Source of the DNA: Mytilus edulis
Taxonomy: Eukaryota
Direction: 5' to 3'
Assembly (NCBI RefSeq): GCF_963676685.1
Contig: NC_092356.1
Coordinates: forward strand, 67,766,001 to 67,830,000
Length of the DNA stretch: 64,000 nt
The notes beneath the pieces were generated by a model. It was given only the letters and a program-made list of their open reading frames with translations. It searched no databases and was not told the DNA's origin. Within the stretch, counting starts at the first letter, position 1, and each line of letters opens with the position of its first letter. Positions 1 to 12,000 of the stretch are shown here, one piece after another. A program made the translations under genes and the position numbers.

Positions 1-92
1 CCTAATGTACCAGTACAGATAGATTTAATCAAAGAGGAACAAGATACATTACAGTGTAATGAAATTATCTTCCAGTTCTTAGCCTTCTCCAA
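1..92 (+). CDS. NPHP4: NPHP4 exon (partial; [30 protein letters not shown])
   Basis: Open frame from base 1; donor AA|gtaagt at 93, phase 2. Confidence 0.9.
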
Positions 93-3000
93 GTAAGTAT
101 GAAGCAGGGATTTTCACATAGGTTTTATCTGTGTACAAACAGATTAAACACATGGGAGGTTACTTAGCTCTCTGAAAGTAAATGTTAAACTATAAATCAT
201 TGATTAACACTTCTTAGCACTCTCCACAATGATAAAATGTAGTTGGTTGTCTTAAATTTCTTTGTTTGTTAATATGTGACATTTTTTCCATTATTGTATG
301 GGACATTTTACTACTAAATTCAACAGTTTGTGTATTATAAAATGTTATGTAATTTAAGAAATGTTTGGTACAGACAGATACAAATATATGCTATTTTATT
401 GTAGATATGGTAGTGACATCCAAGAGAAGAATAAACATGCAGGGACAGTGTTCTTTACTTTCCAATTCTACAGGTGTCCACAAGTCACCACAGAAAGGTT
501 AGTGAGATATGTCTGTAGGTTTTACAGGTGTCCACAAGTCACCACAGAAAGGTTAGTGAGATATGTCTGTAGGTTTTACAGATGTCAACAGGTAATAATA
601 GAATTTCCACAATTAACTATAGAAAGGTAAATAGTTTATATATATTAACATGTATGTAAGTACCGTATAGCGGCTTATTTTTGCAGGTGTAAAATTTCAC
701 GATTTTTATTGAAAAAGGTATACGAAATATTTTGGCGGTTACTGATTTGGCGGATTCGAAACTTTTACCTTTGGATGTGTACTTTTAAATTGGCGGAATT
801 AATATTGGCGATTTTATTCTATCCGCGAAAATAACCGAAAATTTACACCCTGCGAAAATAACCCGCTATACCATGTATAAAAAATATCTTAAATGTGTTT
901 TATTTGTGTCCAAAAGTCAATACAGAAAGGTAAAATTGCTAACTGGTCTAAATGTTAAATTTTTAACCGGATTATTGACTTTTACCGTTCAGGAGTTATT
1001 GTTCTTGAAAGATTGAAAAATGGAGTTTCCAGTCGTGTCCGTGCATTTAGGCATGAACTGTTCTACCTAAGCTTCCCAAATTTTAATATGTTGTTACTGA
1101 TGACAAAATGGAGGTCAAGTTCAATAATGACGATTTTGACCTTTACCGTTCAGGAGTTATGGTTCTTGAAAGATTGAAAAATGGTGTTTCCAGTCGTGTC
1201 CGTGCATTTACGCATGAACTGTTTTACCAAAGCTTCCCAAATTTTAATATGTTGTTACTGATGACAAAATAGAGGTCAAGTTCAATAATGATGATTTTGA
1301 CTTTTACCGTTCAGGAGTTATGGTTCTTGAAAGATTGAAAAATGGTGTTTCCAGTCGTGTCCGTGCATTTTCTCATGAACCATTCAACCAAAGCTTTTGA
1401 AATTTTTATATGTTGTTACTGATGGCAAATTAGAGGTCAAGTTCAATAATGACGATTTTGACTTTTACCGTTCAGGAGTTATGGTTCTTGAAAGATTGTG
1501 AAATGGTGTTTCCATTCAGGTTGTTGCATTTACTCATGAACCATTCAAACTAAGCTTTTCAAATTTTAAGATGTTGATACTGATGACAAAATGGAGGTCA
1601 AATTTGATATTGACGATTTTCACTTTCACCATTCATCAGTAATGGTTCTTGTGATATTGCCAGGACACAAATAAATATTAATAAATCCGGTTTGCTGTCG
1701 TTGTGACAGCCTCTTGTTTCTGAACTTTTGCTTTCAGTCAAATATAAAGCGTTTATAAGAAAAATCTGCTTCATATACCATAGAGAGATTTATATACACA
1801 ATAGACAAGCATGAACGTAGAAGATTGGTTTACTTTCTAGCACTTTCAAAAAATATCTTATCAGAGCTGTATTTTATATTTATTTCAAAATGTGCACATG
1901 TGGTGTATTTTAACTAAGACCAAAAAATGACAATGTGTATGTTTTTGTTACAGACTGTTGTTGGCCAAACCCCAGAATGACCTGTCTTCAGATCCATTGT
2001 CCATGCCATTTATACTTCAGAGGTTAGAGAAGGATGGAGCCCTTAGTAATGGACCTCCTGGACTAGAGGTACAAGTGTTTTTATCTATTATTTTTTTTTT
2101 AAACCTGCAGGTCAGCATATGGTCAGCAACAAAAAAGTGTCTTTACAAAAGCATATTTATGTGTATTTATATAATGGTATATTATCAGTAGACTTTTTAC
2201 CACAAAATTTAACATACACCAAAAGCTCAATGTCCTTTAAAATGACTTTTTCAAGTCCATGAAACCACAGTTATGAACGCAGCAAAGATTTATCTACAAG
2301 GTGATCTAAATCAATAGAAAGAAGAAATTGCTAAACTAAACCGATAGATATAGTATTTCAAGCTCTTATTTGCTCTGAATAAAGAAATGAGTAAAAAACA
2401 TCCAACATTAACTTTCAAAGATATACAGGGATTATTTTGACCGTAAAATTAAAGAAATGCAATGATTTACATGCTACAAAGTTTAGAGAAAATAGACTGA
2501 ATAATTATTTTTTCAAGCATAATTGATGGATAGGATAAAAATGATAATAGATCTTTTGGTGATATGATATTATTAAAAACCTGACATGTAGTTATATGTG
2601 CATTTGCACTATTAATTTTGGGGCCCTTTATAGCTTGTTGTTGTGAGCCAAGGCTCTGTGTTGAAGGCCGTACATTGACCTTTAATGGTTTTCTTTTATA
2701 AATTGTTATTTGGATGGAGAGTTGTCTCATTGGCACTCATACCACATCTTCCTATATCTATTTGATATTTTTAGGTTAAATATTATATGGATCCAATGTC
2801 GATGAAGATAGGAGAAGTCAGTTTACTTTTGTCTCATCTATACAGACAGAGGTTACATATAGATGTATGGGACGGAGACTCTCTGATGAGGATTGGCTCT
2901 GCTTCAGTGCCTCTCATGGTAGGTAACTTTAATTATTTCTGTACTTAAGGGATTCATTCATAAGGGGGGGGTTCTGCTTCACTAACTCTCATGGTAGGTA

Positions 3001-6000
3001 ACTTTAACGATTTCTTGACTTGGGCATTTATATGGATGGATCTGCTTCTGTGTCTGTCATGGAAGTTATGCTCATAATAGAGATTTTCAGACAAGAACTT
3101 ACAAATCGTACAGTGCATTCAACTGTTTCCATTGATTGTCAGACTTTGGATTCCCTCACAAGGAGTGTTTTTGCTTTAATGATTCTCCTGACTAATTCCC
3201 TCTTTCAGTGTTTCTCAGAGTAAGTAAGCTTTACTTAGATGAATGGCTCAGTGTTCCCACATTAGAACTTATTCTGTTTTATTTATTGAAATAATATGAA
3301 TAAAAATGAAATAATGGGATCAGAACTCAGTTAAATATCTCACACTATAAATCATGCTATGGAAAAAAGATACTTTAATTTCTGCATGTTCATTAAAAAA
3401 AACTACAAGAGAATAAAGTTATGACATTTAGGTTATTATAAGAGGTTGCATGTATTACCTGATATCTATTGATTAAAGGTTATTATAAGAGGTGGCATGT
3501 ATTACCTGATATCTATTGATTAAAAGTTATTATAAGAGGTGGCATGTATTACCTGATATCTATTGATTAAAGTTTTAATTCCTATTTCAGTATTTATGTA
3601 GAAGTGGGCATGAAGCTGTTCAGTCGACCTTTGAACTGGATGTAGTAATGATGGAATATGATGACCCCAATCTTATAGCTGGTACCCAGAGTCAAGGTGC
3701 TCAGCCATTAGGGATCCAGTCCATGATGAAAGGAAAACTACATTTTAGGATTGCTAATGTTGGACATTATTCTGATCCTAAAGCCAACTTAATGGGTTGG
3801 TATTTATTTTATTATGATTGAACCATTGAAGGTAAATTTGTGATGTTGTCTTGCGTTAACTTTCCCAGATCAGCTACAGTTATTCATACATCAATGAGAA
3901 TGTCAACCAACAAGTTTTCCACCAACTATTTATAAAAGACAAATGTTGTATTGACATTTTTAATAAACTGTGTGAAAGATTTAAGAAATGGAAATAATAT
4001 AAATCAGATTTGAAAATGCAAGTTAAATTGGTATAACAATCAGACATTCAGTCCAAAAGAATCATGATATTGTTCCTATAATGTTAGATCCTAAATTTCA
4101 TTTATAGATGGCATGTTAACAAAAACACAGCAGGGTGAGGCTCTATATTACTACATTTATAATGTTATTTTTACATCCATTAGTCTAGTGTTGTGTAGAT
4201 TAATATATTAAATATTTTTCTCTATCTTTTAGTTTAAACTGTATATAATTATCTGTATCTCACTCTATTTTACATCTGTTTCTAAACTAATGTTGTCTCA
4301 GTTTGTTATAAAGATGAAGCTGCCAATCCCATCCCATACCTGGTCCTCAAAATATTTTGTTCCCCAATTTTAACAACATTTTAACCTTAATCATATCCCA
4401 TAATATGAAACCATCCTCTCCCCAAAGTATACTTGTCTCATTTTCTTCATGCAAATTTTGGCCCATATTCAAAGCCTTGTAGTAGACTTTTCAGTTTACT
4501 GGAAGAAAAACAAATATTTTAGAAACATATCTCAACCCAGGCAAAATGTCAGCTCAGCTTTTGGGATATTCAACTTTCTTTTCAAATGATGACCGATTAT
4601 ATTTATGTAGCGAATTCAGTTAAGACTCAAAATCGTCACAATAAATGTACAATGTATATATACTTTTTCAACACATAGCATGTTTAAATGCATTATTTTG
4701 TTAAAAAATGTCACTTAATTCATTCATGACCCACACCCTGATTAATTGAGTTGTTGGTATATGACCCATAAAAAGATTTTTGTTTAAAATGCAAAACTTT
4801 ATTTTGCCATGATACAGGTATAAGAAGTTGTGGAATGAGTGCCATTGAGACAACTCTCCATCCAAGTCACAAGTTGTAAAATGTAAACCATTATAAGTTA
4901 CAGTTTGCTTATTTTGGTCAAAATCTTATAAAAATATATCACATAAAACCAAGATCCAACCAAAATTGGAGTAAAATTAAAAATAAAACTGTTTTGACAA
5001 CTTACTGCACCACTCTGTAAAAAAATAAAAAGAAAAGATAAGTTTAGATTTGCACAATTACTATTTAATGAAATAGTATAGTCATTATTGTTGCAAAAGT
5101 ATTACCTAATTCCTTATTTCAATTAATAGTTGATAATCCAAACTTTCAATCATTTGACAAGCAATTCAGTTTTGAATCAGTTTGTTGAACCATATCTTGA
5201 ATGATCTGTCATTCATGACCTATTTAGTTTTACTTGCGTCTATCTCTACTTTAATAATACCATCTTTCTTAACAAAGTTTAGTTATATATTGTCCAAGAG
5301 AAAGGCTGCGTTAAAATACAGATGGGCCATTTTAAAAAAAAATGAGGCAAAAGTGTGACATGGGGGGTCCAATTTCAAACTCAATTTTGTCTTACCCTAT
5401 TACCGATACTTTAAATTTTATAATTCCAAAGTTTCAGGCAGAATGAAACAGACGCCTCCGGGTGCGGGAATTTCTCGCTACATTGAAGACCTGTTGGTGA
5501 CCCTCTGCTGTTGTTTTTTATTTGGTCGGGTTGTTGTCTCTTTGACACATTCCCCATTTCCATTCTCAATTTTACATTGAATAATCTTAAGTTTTGATAA
5601 CATACATCTCAAAAAATTTGAACAGAAACCATACTACTTATAAACAAGTTTGGTAATCAAACAGTTAAGAAAACATTGCTCAAACCTTTTCCAAATGAAA
5701 GACAATAGAAAAAGAAAAATTTTAAAACCAAAATTTCCATCTCTTCTGCTGAATCATATAATAACAATCAAATTGAATAGCTTAATTTGAAAAAAATAAT
5801 AATAACTAGTGATTGAAGTTTTTGCCAATAAAAAGAATCTTAATATATTTCAGTTAAAATAGTAAACTTTGAAAGCCCCGAGTTTTTGTGATAATTTGCA
5901 AAAAGAAAAATGTCATTTCATTGTACCGTTTTTATGTAATTGTATGTAGAAAAAGCCTTCTATTTTCTGACAGTATTTTGTCACACTCCTGACATATGTT

Positions 6001-9000
6001 ACAAAGATTGAAAAATGCTTTAAACTTTCACAAAATTCACTTAACACATTGCTATATCATTGATTTCAATTACTGATATCTTTTGCCATAGAACAGGACT
6101 TTCTTTTTAGGGCCATTTAAAAAAAATACAAAGAGAGGCACCCAAAAATGTCAGGAGTGTGACAACTGTCTTTAAACATCTACCAAAGAATACATAGGAC
6201 TTAAATGTTTTCTTCTTCTTTATATTTCAGAAGTGGCTATTCCAAAGAGAAGAAAAAAAATTATTACAACTGTGATATGTTTATATCATAGATGTGGTAG
6301 TGCATTATATATGTCAGGAGTGTGACGCTTTTTTTAAGACATTTTCTGTCAATTCATAATTTCACAAGGACAAGTCCCACAAGTTTCTTTGTGTTAGAAA
6401 TGTTGAAACCAAGTTATATTCCTATCATTTACCTCTTAAATGTGTTATTTATCATGATTGTTTTGGCACAATGAGTTTTAAATAGTAATTTTTCTATTTT
6501 TTGTGCACAGTAATGCAAATTCATCAAAGGAAATAAGTGTGTACAACTATAATATCATATAGGAAAGTGAGGTAATGAATTTTGTACAAAATAGAACAAT
6601 TATTTTGATTTAAAATGGTATATTTAAAGAAGTTTCAAGGATTAACCATTCGTCACACTCCTGACATGAATTTAACAATTTAAGAAAAATATGAAAATTA
6701 GCTTTATTTTTAGGACAGATAATTGAAAGACAGTTCGTAAAATGAAGAAAATTTTGGTAAAACTTCCATTCCTTAAAACATCTACTAAATTTGCTGAAAT
6801 AAGCAGGGCAAAATTCTCTAGAAGAAATCAATCAAAGAAAGAATCTTCGAAAGAGAGAACCCGAAAATACTGGCTGAATCTGAAATTAAAAGATGCACAA
6901 CACACAAGAAAACAACTGCCACAAAACCCAAATGCTTATGAATGATCTCGTCTAGAAGGCCCTTTCTTCTTGGTGTAGCATTTTTTATGATGTGTTTCAA
7001 AGTACTCGTCCAAGCATTTGGGTTTTGTGGCAGTTGTTTTCTTGTGTGTTGTGCAGGTTTTCTCACTGTAGATCTGGAATCTGACACAGTCACAGATCTG
7101 TTCTCATTTGAATTTTTGAGCTGTTTTTGTTTGATTCTAAGTCCTTATTCAACCCAACTTCTTTTTTAGCTCACCTGGCCCGAAGGGCCAAGTGAGCTTT
7201 TCTCATCACTTGGCGTCCGGCGTCCGGCGTCCGTCGTCCGTCGTCCGTCGTCCGTCGTCCGTCGTCGTCGTCCGTCGTTAACTTTTACAAAAATCTTCTC
7301 CTCTGAAACTACTGGGCTAATTTCAACCAAACTTGGTTACAATCATCATTGGGGTATCTAGTTTAAAAATTGTGTTCGGTGACCCCGCCAACCAACCAAG
7401 ATGGCCGCCATGGCTAAAAATAGAACATGGGGGTAAAATGCAGTTTTTGGCTTATAACTAAAAAACCAAAGCATTTAGAGCAAATCTGACAGGGGTAAAA
7501 TTGTTTATCAGGTCAAGATCTAACTGCCCTAAAATTTTCAGATGAATCGGACAACCCGTTGTTAGGTTGCTGCCCCTGAATTGGTCATTTTAAGAAAATT
7601 TTTGCTGTTTTTGGTTATTATCTAGAATATTATTATAGATAGAGATAAACTGTAAAGAGAAAAAATGTTAAACAAAGTAAGATTTACAAATAAGTCAGCA
7701 GGTCCAAAATGGTCAGTTGACCCCTTTAGGAGTTATTGCCCTTTAAAGTCAATTTTTAACCATTTTTCGTAAATCTTAGTTATCTTTTACAAAAATCTTC
7801 TCCTCTGAAACTACTGGGCCAAATTTAACCAAATATGGCCAAAATCATAATTAGGGTATCTAGTTTAAAAATTGTGTCCGTTGACCCGCACAACCAACCA
7901 AGATGGCCACCATGGCTAAAAATAGAACATAGGGGTAAAATGCAGTTTTTGGCTTATAACTCAAAAACTAAAGCAATTAGAGCAAATCTGACAAGGATAA
8001 AAGTTGTTTATTAGGTCAAGATCTAACTGTCCTGAAATTTTCAGATGAATCGGACAACCCTTTGTTAGGTTGCTGCCCCTGAATTGGTCATTTTAAGGAA
8101 ATTTTTGCTATTTTTGGTTATTTTCTTGAATATTATTATAGATAGAGATAAACTGTAAATAAAAAAAATGTTTAGCAAAGTAAGATTTACAAATAAGTCA
8201 ACAGGTCCAAAATGGTCAGTTGACCCCTTTAGGAGTTATTGTCCTTTATAGTCAATTTTTAACCATTTTTTTCGTAAACCTTAGTTATATTTTACAAAAA
8301 TCTTCTCCTCTGAAACTACTGGGCCAAATAAAAGCAAACTTGGCCACAATCATCATTGGGGTATCTAGTTTAAAAATTGTGTCCAGTGACCCAGCCAACC
8401 AACCAAGATGGCCGCCATGGCTAAAAATAGAACATAGGGGTAAAATGCAGTTTTGGGCTTATAACTTAAAAACCAAAGCATTTAGAGCAAATCTGACAGT
8501 GGAAGAAATTGTTTATCAAGTCCAGATCTATCTGCTCTAAAATTTTCAGATGAATTGGATAACTGGTTGTTAGGTTGCTGCCCCTGAATTGGTAATTTTA
8601 AGGAAATTTTGCTGTTTTTTGTTATTATCTTGAATACTATTATAGATAGAGATAATCTGTAAACAGCAATAATGTTCAGCAAAGTAAGATTTACAAATAA
8701 GTCAACGTGACTGAAATGGTCAATTGACCCACTAAGGAGTTATTGTCCTTTATAGTCAATTTTTTAAAATTTTCATAAAATTTGTAAATTTTTACTAACA
8801 TTTTCCACTGAAACTACTTGGCCAAGTTCATTATAGATAAAGATAATTGTAAGCAGCAAGAATGTTCAGTAAAGTAAGATGTACAAACACTTCACCATCA
8901 CCAAAACACAATTTTTCATGAATCTATCTGCGTCCTTTGTTTAATATTCACATATACCAAGGTGAGCGACACAGGCTCTTTAGAGCCTCTAGTTATCTTT

Positions 9001-12000
9001 CTTCCTTTTTTTCTACTGTTTCTCTGCCACTGCCTTTGTTTTTCTTTATATTGTTTATAAAATTTGAAATTCAAAGTTCTTCTTTCTTTAAGCCTTTTTT
9101 TGTTAGCTTGGTTTTGTAGTTTTTTATTTTGTTTAAGATTGTCCAACTTCCTCTGATCATTTTTCAATTTTATATTTAGCCAGTATTTGCGGGTTCTCTC
9201 TTCCCAAGTCTTTTTCTTTGAATCATTTCTTCTAGAGAATTTTGCCTGGCTTATGTCAGAAAGTCTAGTGGATATTTTAAGGAATGGAAGATTTACCAAA
9301 AGTTTCTTTATTTTACTAGCTGTCTTTCAACTATCTGTCCTAAAAATAAAGCTAATTTTCATATTTTTCTTAAATTGTTAAATTCATGTCAGGAGTGTGA
9401 CGAATTACATCTGAATGGTTAATCCTTGAAACTTCTTTAAATACACCATTTTAAATCAAAATAATTGTTCTATTTTGTACAAAATTCATTTCCTCACTTT
9501 CCTATATGATATTATAGTTGTACACACTTATTTCCTTTGATAAAGTTGCAATACTGTGCACAAAAAATAGAAAAATGACTAATAAAAACTTATTGTGCCA
9601 AAACAATCATGATAAATAACACATTTAAGAGGTAAATGATAGGAATATAACTTGGTTTTAACATTTTTAACACAAAGAAACTTGTGGGACTTGTCCTTGT
9701 GAAATTATGAATTGACAGAAAATGCCTTAAAAAAAGCGTCACACTCCTGACATATATAATGCACTCCCACATCTATGATATAAACATATCACAGTTGTAA
9801 TAAATTTTTTTCTTCTCTTTGGAATAGCCACTTCTGAAAAATAAAGAAGAAGAAAATATTTAAGTCATATGTATTCTTTGGTAGATGTTTAAAGACAGTT
9901 GTCACACTCCTGACATTTTTGGGTGCCTCTCTTTGGTGTCTATTAAAACAATAAAATATGTGATTTAGAGCACCAACATACCCTTAATTATAGTGCTTAT
10001 ATACCAATACAAACTTATTTCACATACTGACATTATTGGACTTTAAAACATGGTTACAAGGAAGCTTTAATTTTAAAAGTGTCATTTTTTGACAGACTTT
10101 ATTTTTTGTACATACCTTTACAATAAAGGTCAGTGTTTACTTATTTTAAAATTTTATTGGACAAAATTACAAAAATATTTAAGACTAATAATGTAGCAAC
10201 TACCAGAAATATTTCAGTGTAGCATAAAAACGATCCACTTTTTTCAATACTACTTTGAAAATTTCTAAATTTTTTAAATGTCACGCTAAAAGCGTCACAC
10301 TCCTGACAAAAATGGCCTGTTTTTAAAACATTTCTCTGAAATGGTTTGAGATATCTTCATGAAACTTGGCAGCAAGCTAGCCCTGACTATCCTGCATTTT
10401 ATAACACCTGAGTTATAATTCTAAACTTAACTAATATAGAAATATACCACAAAAAGTAAAAATCCTCATTGTTTTTGAAATGGCCCATATAATCTATGGC
10501 AGAATGTAATATCTAAATGTAGTATAGTTCTCTATAATCTTGTAGCTAGTCTCTCTCTATATATTATTTACAGTGTCCACTAAGTCTGCCAAAGTCATTT
10601 CAAATACAGCAGGTAACATTGCCTATCCTGGTGGCAGTCTAAATACTAATTATACAGGTAAATACACTAGTAATTATACAGGTAAATACACTCTAAGTAT
10701 CAATTATACAGGTAAATACAATATAAATACTGATTATACAGGTAAATACAATCTAAATACTGATTATACTGGTAAACATTTGCAAAAAATACCAGTCGAG
10801 AGAATGGTAAATTTCCTGAGCCAAAACCCGACGGAAATTCATTCTCAAGACTGGTATTTTTTTGTAAATACCCCTCCTTAACATGATATATCTGTTTAAT
10901 TACACCGAATGTTAACATATAAACGCATTGATGATCATGATGTTACAAGCGTCGAGTCGGATAGAGTATTTTTTGGCAAAAACCACGGCAGAGAGGGTAA
11001 AAAAGGCATATCCTTTCCATATACCTGGGCGCCATTAAAAAAATGAACAATATTCATTAAATAAAAGTAAATTGGTGAAAAATACACTGGCTATCAACCA
11101 ATCAAAATCTAGCATTCTAAGATAAGGTTTAGTTTAAACATATTTTATTGTTCAAAACAAATGGATTCGACACAAGTTTTTCAACTTAGTTCCCTCTTCT
11201 CCATAAGATAAGGTGTAATTATAGAAAATATATGATGAAACCACAGGTGTATTTTTAACGTCAGTAAAGGGTCAAAAGGTGATAAGAGGAATCAAACTTT
11301 TAGCTATATAACTAATTGATAGAATACTTTGTTACTCTGCACAAATTTTCTAATAACAACATATGTTTAGAAAGTTTTATTTTTCCTGTTAAGGTATTAC
11401 TCCAAAGAAGAAGGTAGCTCGAGCCCATCACATCACAGAAAGTAACAGAGAAGTAGCTGCCCTGCTTCACTCACATCAGGACCAAGTTATACCTGAGAGG
11501 GACAATAACCGTGAGGGAGACTCAGAGAAACTGAGGAAGTTATCACGTATGGAGGCTGTCAGACAGAAGGAAGGAATAGATAATAAGTTTAATACTATTA
11601 TGGTAAAAGATTTAATTATGTTGTTATAATTTTGAAATATCATTATGTGTAACATTTAAGTGCTAATTTCTCCTTCACATTTGGCAGATTGACCAAAATG
11701 AAATCTTACTTGATATTTATGGCATTTTATTATACCCCTTGGCTACTGAAGAGGGTGGTATGCTGCTTTATCTCTGTCAACTGCTCTGTTTCTTTCTGTC
11801 CATGCCTGCTTTTATCTCAAAGTTATGATACTAGCAGTGGCGTAGCTAGGTCATTTTTACGTGTACGCCATAATCTCGGCGAGGGATTCTGAGGGTTCCA
11901 AGCGGTTTCATTTCATAGCATCTGCTGATAGAAGTTGGAAGGGAGGGGCGAGATATCGAATATAAGATACCATTGCTATTAAGAATCTAAAACTGTTTTA

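Larger units (their letters stand above)
5322..10488. mobile_element. Foldback-like DNA transposon relic with TIRs and ~0.8-kb internal inverted arms
   Basis: TIR atgggccattttaaaaaaaaatgagg / cctcattgtttttgaaatggcccat; 6129-6890 is the inverse of ~9165-9936; motif tgtcaggagtgtgac occurs 8 times. Confidence 0.75.

Noticed and set aside
8220-8682. ORFs inside the 505-bp tandem units
   Set aside because: The frames are not conserved between units
8916-9299. Lys-rich ORF and its inverted twin at 6742-6945
   Set aside because: Low-complexity frames within the foldback element, truncated by a HINE; no recognisable domain
10573-10881. Stand-alone 102-aa NYTGKY-repeat protein
   Set aside because: It is an NPHP4 exon reading through duplicated donors into the intron
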